A stretch of 63,980 nucleotides of DNA, filler included, from Aduncisulcus paluster (lineage: Eukaryota): NCBI GenBank assembly GCA_024181965.1. It is 7 parts of 7 records of this genome, joined end to end, with 100 filler letters (N's around TTAATTAATTAA, not from the genome) between each part and the next. Parts side by side here need not be neighbours in the genome. Positions count along the whole stretch, not along the records: positions 28,269 to 56,606 come from BQXS01011099.1; 6 more parts are not named here. The stretch is one strand, 5' to 3'. Every line of letters begins with the position of its first letter. The stretch's first letter is position 1. The notes under the pieces were generated by a model that was not told the origin of the DNA, ran no database searches, and was given only the letters and a program-made list of their open reading frames with translations. Positions 33,601 to 44,700 of the stretch are shown here, in pieces. Both the position numbers and the translations under genes were made by a program.

Positions 33601-36600
33601 GGTTATAAACGAAAGGAAAGACATTGGGGGAACGAAATCGCTGGCAGGCGACTCTGGGGCTTTATATTCTCCAATTACGTCATCAACATCTCCTCGAGCA
33701 AGCTTAAGCTTCTTCTCCTGCTCATGATCTCTCTTGATTGATTGTTTTTTTGACCAGATCTTCAGTTCTTCCTCAAATATTGGGACAGCGCTTGTACAAA
33801 TGGTTGATAACAGCTCTAACAAAGAGATATAAACGCCAGCACAGCTCACAGTTAAGCCAAAAGAGAAAGAAGACAAGAGAGGAAGAAGAGAGAGCAAAGT
33901 GGATGGGATTATTGATAATATATATCTAAATACGAGTGTAATGTTACGTCTCGAGTAAGCGTCTTGAGTGTGATCACAAACATGCTTAACACAGTCAGAA
34001 AAACAAGACAGAGCATCGGTAATAGAGCTTTGGAAATGGCGAGCAAATGAGGCGGATGAAAGACGTCGTTTCTGAATTGAAGAAAGACCTTCCTGAATAA
34101 GAGGAAATACTGTGGAGAATAGATCAGCTTGTGATACAACATCCATTCGATCGACTCGTTCTATTTTTGGATGATAGTAAAACCGATTTTCCTTTGGACT
34201 GATTCCGATTCTAAATGCGGTCGAAGTGAGAATATCTGACAGTGATTTCATTCCTGTCAAGAGTTTCACGTGGACTAACTCTTCTGTGTTCATGCATAGA
34301 GATATGGAAAAGGGAAAGAAAGATGGGGAAGAAAGAGAATATCGAACAGATTGCTCCAAAATGTCGATTTCTTCCATATCAATGAAAACTTCGTACAAAG
34401 ACGTGTTTGAATACACATATATACACCGAGTAAAAGACATTCCTTCATACAAATCACTCAAAGGGGAAGAAGAGGAAAGAGAGGAAGAGGAAGAAGAGGA
34501 GAGAGAAGAGTGGCTATCAAAGATTCCCTTGAAGGAGTAAGAAGGATTTTTAAGCAGGAATAGGGATTCTGGAGAACGGAAAATATCCAAAGCTTCCTCA
34601 TAATCATTAATATTATTATTCGAATCGTCATCTCCAAATCCCTTGATAAAACGACGTAATACTTTTCTTCGCCGTTTTAATGCCCATAAAACTTTATCTT
34701 TATATTCCTCAGCAATGACATCACTGGAAATAGAATCGTCTTGGTCAGAATCACTCTTGGATCTATATTTAGATTTCGAGGAAGAGGAAGAAGAAGAGGA
34801 AGAGGAAGAAGAGGATTCCATAGTTTGGTTTAATTCACAACATAAATCGACANNNNNNNNNNNNNNNNNNNNGAGAGGAAGAGGAAGAAGAGGAGAGAGA
34901 AGAGTGGCTATCAAAGATTCCCTTGAAGGAGTAAGAAGGATTTTTAAGCAGGAATAGGGATTCTGGAGAACGGAAAATATCCAAAGCTTCCTCATAATCA
35001 TTAATATTATTATTCGAATCGTCATCTCCAAATCCCTTGATAAAACGACGTAATACTTTTCTTCGCCGTTTTAATGCCCATAAAACTTTATCTTTATATT
35101 CCTCAGCAATGACATCACTGGAAATAGAATCGTCTTGGTCAGAATCACTCTTGGATCTATATTTAGATTTCGAGGAAGAGGAAGAAGAAGAGGAAGAGGA
35201 AGAAGAGGAGAGAGAAGAGTGGCTATCAAAGATTCCCTTGAAGGAGTAAGAAGGATTTTTAAGCAGGAATAGGGATTCTGGAGAACGGAAAATATCCAAA
35301 GCTTCCTCATAATCATTAATATTATTATTCGAATCGTCATCTCCAAATCCCTTGATAAAACGACGTAATACTTTTCTTCGCCGTTTTAATGCCCATAAAA
35401 CTTTATCTTTATATTCCTCAGCAATGACATCACTGGAAATAGAATCGTCTTGGTCAGAATCACTCTTGGATCTATATTTAGATTTCGAGGAAGAGGAAGA
35501 AGAGGAGAGAGAAGAGTGGCTATCAAAGATTCCCTTGAAGGAGTAAGAAGGATTTTTAAGCAGGAATAGGGATTCTGGAGAACGGAAAATATCCAAAGCT
35601 TCCTCATAATCATTAATATTATTATTCGAATCGTCATCTCCAAATCCCTTGATAAAACGACGTAATACTTTTCTTCGCCGTTTTAATGCCCATAAAACTT
35701 TATCTTTATATTCCTCAGCAATGACATCACTGGAAATAGAATCGTCTTGGTCAGAATCACTCTTGGATCTATATTTAGATTTCGAGGAAGAGGAAGAAGA
35801 AGAGGAAGANNNNNNNNNNNNNNNNNNNNGGAAGAAGAGGAGAGAGAAGAGTGGCTATCAAAGATTCCCTTGAAGGAGTAAGAAGGATTTTTAAGCAGGA
35901 ATAGGGATTCTGGAGAACGGAAAATATCCAAAGCTTCCTCATAATCATTAATATTATTATTCGAATCGTCATCTCCAAATCCCTTGATAAAACGACGTAA
36001 TACTTTTCTTCGCCGTTTTAATGCCCATAAAACTTTATCTTTATATTCCTCAGCAATGACATCACTGGAAATAGAATCGTCTTGGTCAGAATCACTCTTG
36101 GATCTATATTTAGATTTCGAGGAAGAGGAAGAAGAAGAGGAAGAGGAAGAAGAGGATTCCATAGTTTGGTTTAATTCACAACATAAATCGACACTAATGA
36201 CCCCACTGATTTTGCCACACCGATCAACACTCACGATGTATTGGTCGAATAAGATAACAATATGATGAGGAGTGGCAATGGCACCTCGAATAAACCCAAA
36301 AATAGATTGTAATTCATGAGGAACTCTCCACTCTTTCTGATCTAAAAATAGCCCATCTGAATTGTTCACACTGATATTTCCAAAAATAACCCCAATGGGC
36401 TTGGCGAATACTCCTCTAAGCGGTGTTTTCACAGTGAATGGTTCTGGTATTTTTGAAGGGGGAGAAACAGGAGAAGAATTTATCGTGATAGGACGAAGAG
36501 AGGAATCAGAATTTCCGAAATATTCATCACCACGAATGGAAAGGTCTTTAGGGATGATAGTTTCTCTGTTTAAACAGCAATGGAACGAAGGGAAAGGAGG

Positions 36601-37407
36601 TTTCTCTTTAAGAAGTGTGGCACGTGTTTTGAAAGAAGGATCTTTACGTTTCAAAATAGACGAACCATAGGTGTATTCCTCAAGAACAGTCCTGGAAAGA
36701 CATGAAGACATTGTTGCAGTGCTTGGAAGCTTTGTAAAAGAGGAGATAAGCATTGACTGGGAAAAAGTGTCCATGGATGGGGGCAATTTAATACTATTAC
36801 GAATAACTGACGAACTACTGCTCACAAAACTCACTAATGATGCTTTTTTGGAAGGAGAGGAGGACAATGGAGGGCAGAAACAGGATTGGATAGAAGCAAC
36901 ACCGAAAAATGGGGCATACATGCTAGGATGGGTTTCTCCAGGGTTCATTATTTGAATACTATCGATTTTTTTACATTTTCCTGATTCAAATGCGGCTATC
37001 TTGAGAGTACCATCGGTAAAACCACAAACAACATTTCCGGTTCCATTAAGACAGGGATCAAGCCATTTTACGTCGGAAAGTCGTAAACTATTTCTTCCAA
37101 AATCTTTTTCCAATGCTTTACATGTTATATTCTTTGCAGATTTAGATAATATAATAGCATGAGAACTTCCGAACTCTTCTACAACAATAGCAAATGTACC
37201 ACTATCATTGAGAAATCCTTGAATACATTTTGGATTATCTACACGCTTTTTTAGGGAAATATCATGAACAACTCCATTGTTACGTTGAAAGATGATTCTG
37301 CCAGTGCTTAAACACGTCAATATATTTCCATTTGCAACTGTTATTGAATTAATTTTTTCATTATGTAGAAATTTAAACTTTGTAGGAACCTTCTTTATGT
37401 GTAACAT
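30661..37407 (-). CDS. VPS18: Vps18/Pep3 (HOPS/CORVET subunit); reading frame interrupted by a gap-associated repeat block
   Basis: Beta-propeller-like N-terminus (TPHHIVILF), helical middle, coiled coil, and a C-terminal split RING CEIC...FGCGHYVHVKC...ECPFCGEI typical of Vps18. Confidence 0.72.
34490..36192. repeat. Five near-identical ~300-390-bp tandem copies bounded by (GAA/GAG)n poly-Ser tracts
   Basis: The same sequence starts at 34643, 35037, 35352, 35649 and 35984. Two 20-N gaps (34853, 35810) lie inside. Probably mis-assembled. Confidence 0.9.
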
Positions 37408-37570
37408 GACAAAATATGGAAATTCTGTTACATCACATCTATGAATATTAAGAAACTTTTGATTTTGTAAATTGGTAGAATAATCAATATTAAAATATAT
37501 TATTATGGAATTTTGTCTTTTTCTTTATTTATCGAGTTTGTACGTTCATTTTGTTTGCAATCATTCGAAA

Positions 37571-38107
37571 ATGAAATTAAAGGCATTCGGAGGATGCATA
37601 GAATTGGGAGTACGAGAAAAATCATGGAAGAATGTTAGACATAGTGCAATGGAAAATGAAGATTCGTTTATTTATCTACCAGCTGTTAAATCGGAGGATA
37701 AGAAGTATCCACCAATGATGATGACTGTTGGATTGTATCAATACGCAAAAGACTCATTGGATGAATCGATCAAAGAACATTTTCTCGATATTCTAAGTTG
37801 TTCAAAAGCTGGAGCTGTTAAAGAACCTGAAATGACGCCACTCTTACCCCCACCGCCCTCTTTAGAAGGTGAAAAGCCAGGGCATCCAATGTCTTCAATG
37901 GGATTTTCTGCCTCTTTGCGGCCAATCGCTGATAGCCATCCTGATGAAGTTCCAGTTGGAGTTGGTGGAATATTGATTAGAATGCCCCGTGTGACCTCTG
38001 ATATTTTGGTTACAATTCAGGGGAGAGCAAATCCAAGTGTTTTATTAACTATTGCAAAATCAGCTGTTCGAGAACTCAAAATCCTTCATTGGGAATTGTT
38101 TGTGTGA
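37571..38107 (+). CDS. MOG1: Mog1/PsbP-like Ran guanine-nucleotide release factor
   Basis: N-terminal AFGGCI, C-terminal IRMPRVTSDILVTI and LKILHWELF, and a ~180-aa size consistent with Mog1. Confidence 0.65.
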   Translation: MKLKAFGGCIELGVREKSWKNVRHSAMENEDSFIYLPAVKSEDKKYPPMMMTVGLYQYAKDSLDESIKEHFLDILSCSKAGAVKEPEMTPLLPPPPSLEGEKPGHPMSSMGFSASLRPIADSHPDEVPVGVGGILIRMPRVTSDILVTIQGRANPSVLLTIAKSAVRELKILHWELFV

Positions 38108-38204
38108 TCCTACAACGCTTTTTGTGTTTATTCTGAATTTTTATGGTTTAAATTAATATTTTGAGTGTATTAAATATAAAAATAATGAGAACATATTGTA
38201 ATAT

Positions 38205-38370
38205 TGCATGTTGGAAATTATTGGGATGTCACTTTCCAACGGTCCGCCCACCACCGTTTGGCAAGTACTCTTTTGCTCGTCTGAAGAGCCCGTCGATGAA
38301 GCTCTCTGACGGCCATCACTGGATATGTAGCCCTTTCGAGCACAGGGGGTGTGACCCAGGATATGCTGAC
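38205..38370 (-). ncRNA. Candidate structured ncRNA (multibranch fold), identity unknown
   Basis: GC-rich island in an AT-rich spacer. A closing helix GGGUCAC/GUGAC(AU)CCC encloses four hairpins, including GCUC-GAAA-GGGC, whose U-G pair and GNRA loop work only on the - strand. Confidence 0.45.
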
Positions 38371-38624
38371 AAAATAACTGGAATAAATTCCATGGCATTG
38401 TGACCTTTCAAATTAAAACCTACAAAGGTTGTACAATGTAGGGAAAAAAAATATGGTGGTTTTTTTGTTTTATCTATATTTTGTCATTATAATCATTAAA
38501 TTTGCTGAGCAAATTTAAAAATACAATTTTTGTGTCAATGAATATTATATAGATCTTTTTTTCGTCACATTTATTTTTTTCTTATAGATTTATTCAATTT
38601 TTAAATATAATTAAAGGTATTTAT

Positions 38625-41273
38625 ATGGAGAAACAACTCTTAGAGATATTGTTATCAATCCAGGATGAATCTCTTAGTATTGCCATGTGTAATGAGTTAT
38701 TTGCTGAAAAAATTAGATTATCATTAATCAAACCCGAGCAACTTAACTATTTCTGTTCCACAGGATCCAAGATACTAATTGCTAGAAATTCTTCCTTCAC
38801 ATCTCGCATTACAAGTCAAAAATTAAATTTATATGCAGAACAAAATGGTTTTCACTCCCATTGTTCTATTATTCAACAACCTTCCGAACGTCCTGACTCT
38901 GAACTTGTTGTCACCACTCATCGTTGTCTTCTTTCTATTTTCCAAAATGATGAAATAATGGATGATTATTCTCTTATTTTGATATGTGATACTGATTGTC
39001 GGTCGGTTTCTTGTGAACTTATCCTTTGTTATATCAAATTTAAACTCCAATCCTTAAAATCTTTGCCTTCCGGTCAAATTCAATCCATTGCACAGCCCTT
39101 TTTAATTTTGTGCGCTGAAGATGATACTGTTACTCCGGCATTCTTTGATTATTGCTCAAATCCGGAATCTTTGGCGTCTTCTCGCCCACCCATTTCGTCT
39201 TCTTCAAGCATTGAAAGTGTAGAAATTGTTCATGCTAAGTTCTTTCTTGTCAATCGATTTAGAAAGCTTCCTGTTATTTCTCATTATTATCCAAAAATAG
39301 AACAATATCCATCTTCCTTTGAATCTGTATTATTTGATATTTCCATTGAATGTCAACGGATCATTTTGGGAGCATCAGGAGATATTTTGATAATTTTGCC
39401 CAATATTTCTATATTATATCAATGTTATTTAATAATATGTCGGCAAATTGAAACAATTAAAACGTCTTTGACGCCGTATCCAGATATTTTTATTGTTGAT
39501 TATTCTGAAGCATCTGTTGAAAATTTAATGAAAAGAAATGATTATTGGAGGAAAACAGAGAAAGCTATTGGGAAATTATTGTCTGATTCGACTTCCACCG
39601 AGAGTCAAGGAACTATTAAACTTGAAACTTTGGGATTATCTGAAATTCGAGGGAAACGACACATTATCCTCGCTCTTCCGGCATTCTCAGATCATTATTC
39701 ATGGCTTGGTGTGTCACATATTCTTGATCTCGGGTTTTCTTTTCTTGATTCTGATATTGGAATTCCTTATCAAGATAGAAGAAGAACTATAAAACGATGT
39801 AAGCAAATGGAATTCTTTCATTCATATAAGACTTTGAAGTGTTTTTATATGACTCGATTGGAATTTGATCATAGTGATTCGGATGATTCTATTTTTAGAA
39901 TTGGAAAAGGAACAGATGAGAAAAAAAGTTCTTGTTTTACTTCTGATACCAGTACAAAAATTAGAGGTTCTTTTGGGACTAAAATATCCGCTTTTGAGAG
40001 AAAATCTGATTCTTTTGGAGGTTTATCCGATGAAATTGTTCGAGGCATCAATTCTAATTATTCTGCCGAAATCGTTGAACAACAGAGAGAATTCGCTGTT
40101 ATTTCTCTTCTTAATTTGCATATTAATCCACTTTCGTGTGATGTTACTCCCCTTTTATCTTCAATATTATTCCCAAGATCACCCACATCTCTGGTCGATG
40201 ATTTTTACTCAAAGAATTCAATAGTTAATACATTGGAAATGCTCACAAAAATGAATCTCTATGTGAATAACAAATTAACTAAGCTTGGGCGAAGTGTTTT
40301 TGGATTTGTTGATTATTCTATTCGGAATTCTGTTGTTTTATTTCTTTCAGTGCGAAAACCATATCGTTGCTCGAATATCACATCGATATTGGTTCCTTTA
40401 ATTGAGTTCGCTGGAAAAAATAGCATTATTGTCTCAACTTCTCCCGATTGTATTGCGAAACGACAATCCATGATGGTTTATTCCAATGATCTCTTCTCTC
40501 TTGTGTCTATTTTCACTCATTTTATTTCCATTGTCAAGACTTTTGCGATAGAATCTTTATCTTCCAAGCATGATGAAGCTTTAATCGATTCACAACATCG
40601 GCAGGATTCTTCGGCTGTTCGGTTAGAATCTGTAACAGCTTTCATTGCCTCAAGTTCGCCGATATCTGACTCAAGTCCAAATATTCACAGCCGTAAGAAA
40701 ACTCGCTCAAGCTTTTCGTCTGCATACTCCTCTGATCGTTCTCTGTTCTTCTCAACCTCTTCTCGTGAAGAAACGTTATTGATGACATGTTTCTCTATCA
40801 TTTCTGAGATTGATCTGATTCAAATTCAATCGAATTTACAGGATTCTAAAACCAAAGCAAAGGCCAATATTTGGTGTTCTGAAATGGGATTTTCTCTTCT
40901 TAACCTCTGTTCTTGCCTTGATAATATTGTTTTCCTGCGTTCTGGTGTCATTCGTATTGTTTCTTCGTTACATCGAGTGTCCCCAAAGGATTCCATGTAT
41001 CGATCTTTTGATAACACATTAAAGTGTTTTGTTCAAGTGTATCGTGATTGTATTTGTGAATTGGTTGAAAAAACCATGAAGGAACAGGAGTTTGTATATA
41101 CTTATAAACGGCTTTGTAATGAACAATATATTCAATTCTTTGATTCTGCTCAGCCAAAGTATTCTAAATATATTCTATATTATCCTGTTCAGTGTGGAAA
41201 TGCTCTTATATCGAGTCTTCGAAGTTCTTGGGTGGAGGGTATATTTGTTGGAGAAGAGGAAGAGTCGGGATGA
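38625..41273 (+). CDS. Degenerate DEAH/RHA-family helicase-like protein (probable pseudo-helicase)
   Basis: Collinear relics of DEAH motifs: TTHRCLL, DYSLILICDTDCRS (DEAHER position), GDILIILP, RHIILALPAFSDHYSWLGVSHILDLGF, HA2-like LTKLGR and NDLFSLV. No GKT motif found. Confidence 0.7.
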   Translation: MEKQLLEILLSIQDESLSIAMCNELFAEKIRLSLIKPEQLNYFCSTGSKILIARNSSFTSRITSQKLNLYAEQNGFHSHCSIIQQPSERPDSELVVTTHRCLLSIFQNDEIMDDYSLILICDTDCRSVSCELILCYIKFKLQSLKSLPSGQIQSIAQPFLILCAEDDTVTPAFFDYCSNPESLASSRPPISSSSSIESVEIVHAKFFLVNRFRKLPVISHYYPKIEQYPSSFESVLFDISIECQRIILGASGDILIILPNISILYQCYLIICRQIETIKTSLTPYPDIFIVDYSEASVENLMKRNDYWRKTEKAIGKLLSDSTSTESQGTIKLETLGLSEIRGKRHIILALPAFSDHYSWLGVSHILDLGFSFLDSDIGIPYQDRRRTIKRCKQMEFFHSYKTLKCFYMTRLEFDHSDSDDSIFRIGKGTDEKKSSCFTSDTSTKIRGSFGTKISAFERKSDSFGGLSDEIVRGINSNYSAEIVEQQREFAVISLLNLHINPLSCDVTPLLSSILFPRSPTSLVDDFYSKNSIVNTLEMLTKMNLYVNNKLTKLGRSVFGFVDYSIRNSVVLFLSVRKPYRCSNITSILVPLIEFAGKNSIIVSTSPDCIAKRQSMMVYSNDLFSLVSIFTHFISIVKTFAIESLSSKHDEALIDSQHRQDSSAVRLESVTAFIASSSPISDSSPNIHSRKKTRSSFSSAYSSDRSLFFSTSSREETLLMTCFSIISEIDLIQIQSNLQDSKTKAKANIWCSEMGFSLLNLCSCLDNIVFLRSGVIRIVSSLHRVSPKDSMYRSFDNTLKCFVQVYRDCICELVEKTMKEQEFVYTYKRLCNEQYIQFFDSAQPKYSKYILYYPVQCGNALISSLRSSWVEGIFVGEEEESG

Positions 41274-41769
41274 GATGATTAGTGATATATGATACTGACA
41301 TATCCAATTATTTTTATTCCCTGATCTTTCTTTCTGCAATCTCTCATATCACATTCAATAAAATGGTTCATATTTTCCCTATTCGTATTTGAACTCCTTA
41401 TATCCCCCTCCAAAAAAATGCTTAATCTGAGAATTTCCTTCTTCTGTCCCAAAATCACCTTGATTTGGAAACAATTTCAATGCAGTAAATGCACAAAAGA
41501 ATAAAATTCTTTCATTTTAAGGTTAGTATCGAGTGTTTCCTTGAAAATATAGCCATTTTGAAAATCCATGTTCTATTTTTAGATTTTCTATTTTTAGAAA
41601 TGATCTTGTCAAAACTTCATAATGCATCGTTATATGTGTAGAAACTCCATTAAAACGATGGGAATTCAATGGGAATGTTGTGAATAGATTTTCTGACTTC
41701 TCTTCACGAGATAACACGACATTGCAAGAAATTTCCACATTTATTCACCATACAACTCTACAATACAAC

Positions 41770-44700
41770 TCACTTCCGACTATCATCCCATCCTTTCTTC
41801 AAATTAACACCTGCAACATGTCCAATGATTCCAACAGATCCACCATATTTCTTGAGTTGTTTGGAGACAGTTGTTTCAATGCTGGGACATTTCCATCCTT
41901 CTCCAATCTTGGGCAGAAGAGGCTTTATGGATTGTACACTCATTCGAGCCTGATGCACACTCATTCGTTTCTCAGCATCAAATTCTGTGAGACCAAGGAA
42001 AACTTTGTTCAGACATTCGTACACAGACTTAAACTTCCCAACTTCGATGGTTTTCAGAGATTTGAACAGCTCCGATTCCACAATTGTCGTGCAAGACCTC
42101 TTTTGGATGAGCACCATAAGCTCACTCACAAATTCCGCCCCACTATCAATCCATTGTAGGGCAGGCATTTGAAGGAATGGAGTACACCCCAAGAATAGAG
42201 CAAGCATCGATATTCCAAGAGAATAAGCATCACTCTTTTGACTATGGATCCCTCGAAGAGCTTCGTATGAGTTGTACACAAGGGTGCCACAGATCGAACG
42301 TTTTGGTTGTTGTGCCTTTCCTTTCACATCCGACTTGGACAACTGGTAGGAAGAAGAACCCACGAAACTCTTGGAAAAAGAAGAAGATGAGATGGAATCC
42401 TGGATATGAACAAATCCAAGATCAGCAAGGACAACAGTACATTCTCCATCTTTGGGATCAACACGAACGAGGAAGTTGTCGGGTTTCACGTCTCGATGCA
42501 CAAGCTTTGGTTTGGCGGTGAACACATCATCAAGACACTCGATCATCCCAACACACAACGAACACACTTTCACAGGGTTCATTGCCTTGGGGCCGAATGA
42601 CGCACAGACATCATCTGCAGATTCAGAGGAAGAGCACTCAGAGTCTTCATCATCGACACCACTCTCATACTTGCCATCTGCACACCAACGCTTGGAGAAT
42701 GCACTCACACTGCCTCCAACACAGAACTCCATCAGGAAGCCATATATACCTTTCATATCGCAATCAAGCAGGTCAAGGATATACAGAGGACGTGGGATAC
42801 GNNNNNNNNNNNNNNNNNNNNCTTTCACAGGGTTCATTGCCTTGGGGCCGAATGACGCACAGACATCATCTGCACGAGTCAGAGTCTGAGTCTGAGGGTT
42901 CACTATCATCAGCAGTATCATCAACACTCACATACTTGCCATCAGCACACCAACGCTTGGCAAACGCCCTCACACTGCCTCCAACACAGAACTCCATCAG
43001 GAAGCCATACACACCTTTCATATCGCAATCAAGCAGGTCAAGGATATACAGAGGACGTGGGATACGGTTGAAACATTTGGGATTGTTAAACAACTTGAGT
43101 TGCACCTTAAACTCCTTCCGACAATCTTTCACAACCTTTTCATCAGCGATTTTAAGCATCTTCTTCAGAACACATGGGAAAGGAATGCCATCAACTTTGA
43201 CAAGAAGAACCTCCCCAAACCCACCACTGCCAATGATGCACTGGGGAGTCAGGGTGGCGGCAGAAGTCAGGGTTAGCGAGGGGTGCTTGAGTTTATATTT
43301 GGGCATGCCTTCCTTGGGTTTCTTCTGTTTGGTGTCTTTTGACGCTGAATCCTTATCATTTCCTTGAATGACATCTTCTATTCCTTCTTTCATAACCTTT
43401 GACGGCAAAGATGAAGTTGATGTGGGTGTCTTGGAGGAACTAGAAGGAACAGGAACAGGAGTAAGAAGAGGAGAGGAGAGAATATCATCACCTCGAATGA
43501 AAACAAGAGATAGGATAGAGAAATGACGACTATTCTTTTCCCACCACGTTCCTTTCCCTTCAATCTCACACAATACAACATTATTCAAATCAATAGGAAG
43601 GAAGTACCATCCATAATCACGTCTAAGTCTTGTGAATTCATACTTCTTATATGTTTTCTTGCCATCACAATCAGTGAAAGTGAAGAGAAGAGTTGGTGAA
43701 CCATAAGTTAAATCCACACAAATACATGCACCTTTTACAGGACTAGGTGCTGGGAAAGGAATAGAAAAATGGGATAAGGAAACACCACATTCTCCTTTTA
43801 ACATTCTTTGTGCATCTGAACTCCGATCATAATTCCCAGATTCCATACTCACCGAATCATCCTTGCACTTAACCATTGAGAATGAAGGATCAACAAGCTT
43901 TGGATCATCACGTGGAATGGGAATAGATTTTCTATCTCCTTTCTTAACAAACTCTGGTTTCACAACTGGAGCTTCAGACCATAGTTTCTCTCTGGCTTCA
44001 CGAGATTTGATTTCTTCAGGGGTTTCTTCCCTGCTAATGAAAACAAGGGATTCGATTCGAAAATACTCTTCTTCTCTTCCTTTCCCTGTAATCTCACACA
44101 TAACAACATCAGGGAGATCAACAGGAAGGAAATACCAATGTTCATCTTCAAATTCAGGAAACTCGTATTTCTTGGATGTTTTCTCACCCTTTGAAGATGT
44201 GAGAGTGAAAATAAGATGTGATGGAGGTGAAGGATAGCTTGATAGAGAGATAAAAGCCCCTTTCATTGGGGAAGATGAAGAGAAAGAAATAGAGATATTG
44301 GTAAAATGTCCTATATTATACTCTCCTTTCATCATCTCTTGTGCTTCAGAACTCTGATTGTACTTTTCATCACCTTCTTCCTTGGTTCCAGCTATTGCTT
44401 TGATTGTAGAAAACTCTGGACTCTTAATATTGGGGGAATCTCGAGGAATTGGAGAGCAAGAGGAATGTCCTTTATGAATAAACTCGGGTTCCACAGTTTG
44501 AATTACAGCATCTGTGGATGAACTCATGTGACAAGTGTCTTCTTCTTCTTCTTCTTTCACAACTTTTGATGGCAAAGATGAAGTTGATGTGGGTGTCTTG
44601 GAGGAACTGGAAGTAACAGGAACAGGAGTAAGAAGAGGAGGAGAAGTGGGAATATCATCACCTCGAAGGAAAACAAGGGAGTGCATCCAGAAATATCGAC

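Noticed and set aside
34490-36192. CRISPR-like or satellite array
   Set aside because: Units are ~300 bp, identical, coding and lack unique spacers. The context is eukaryotic with no cas genes.
38281-38320. Hammerhead ribozyme (CTGAAGA + stem)
   Set aside because: No GAAA follows stem II, so the catalytic core is incomplete.
38345-38446. TPP-riboswitch-like words (GGGGTG..GCTGA..AACCT..GTAGGGAA)
   Set aside because: The invariant CUGAGA and the CCUGAU/P4-P5 elements are absent and the spacing does not fit.
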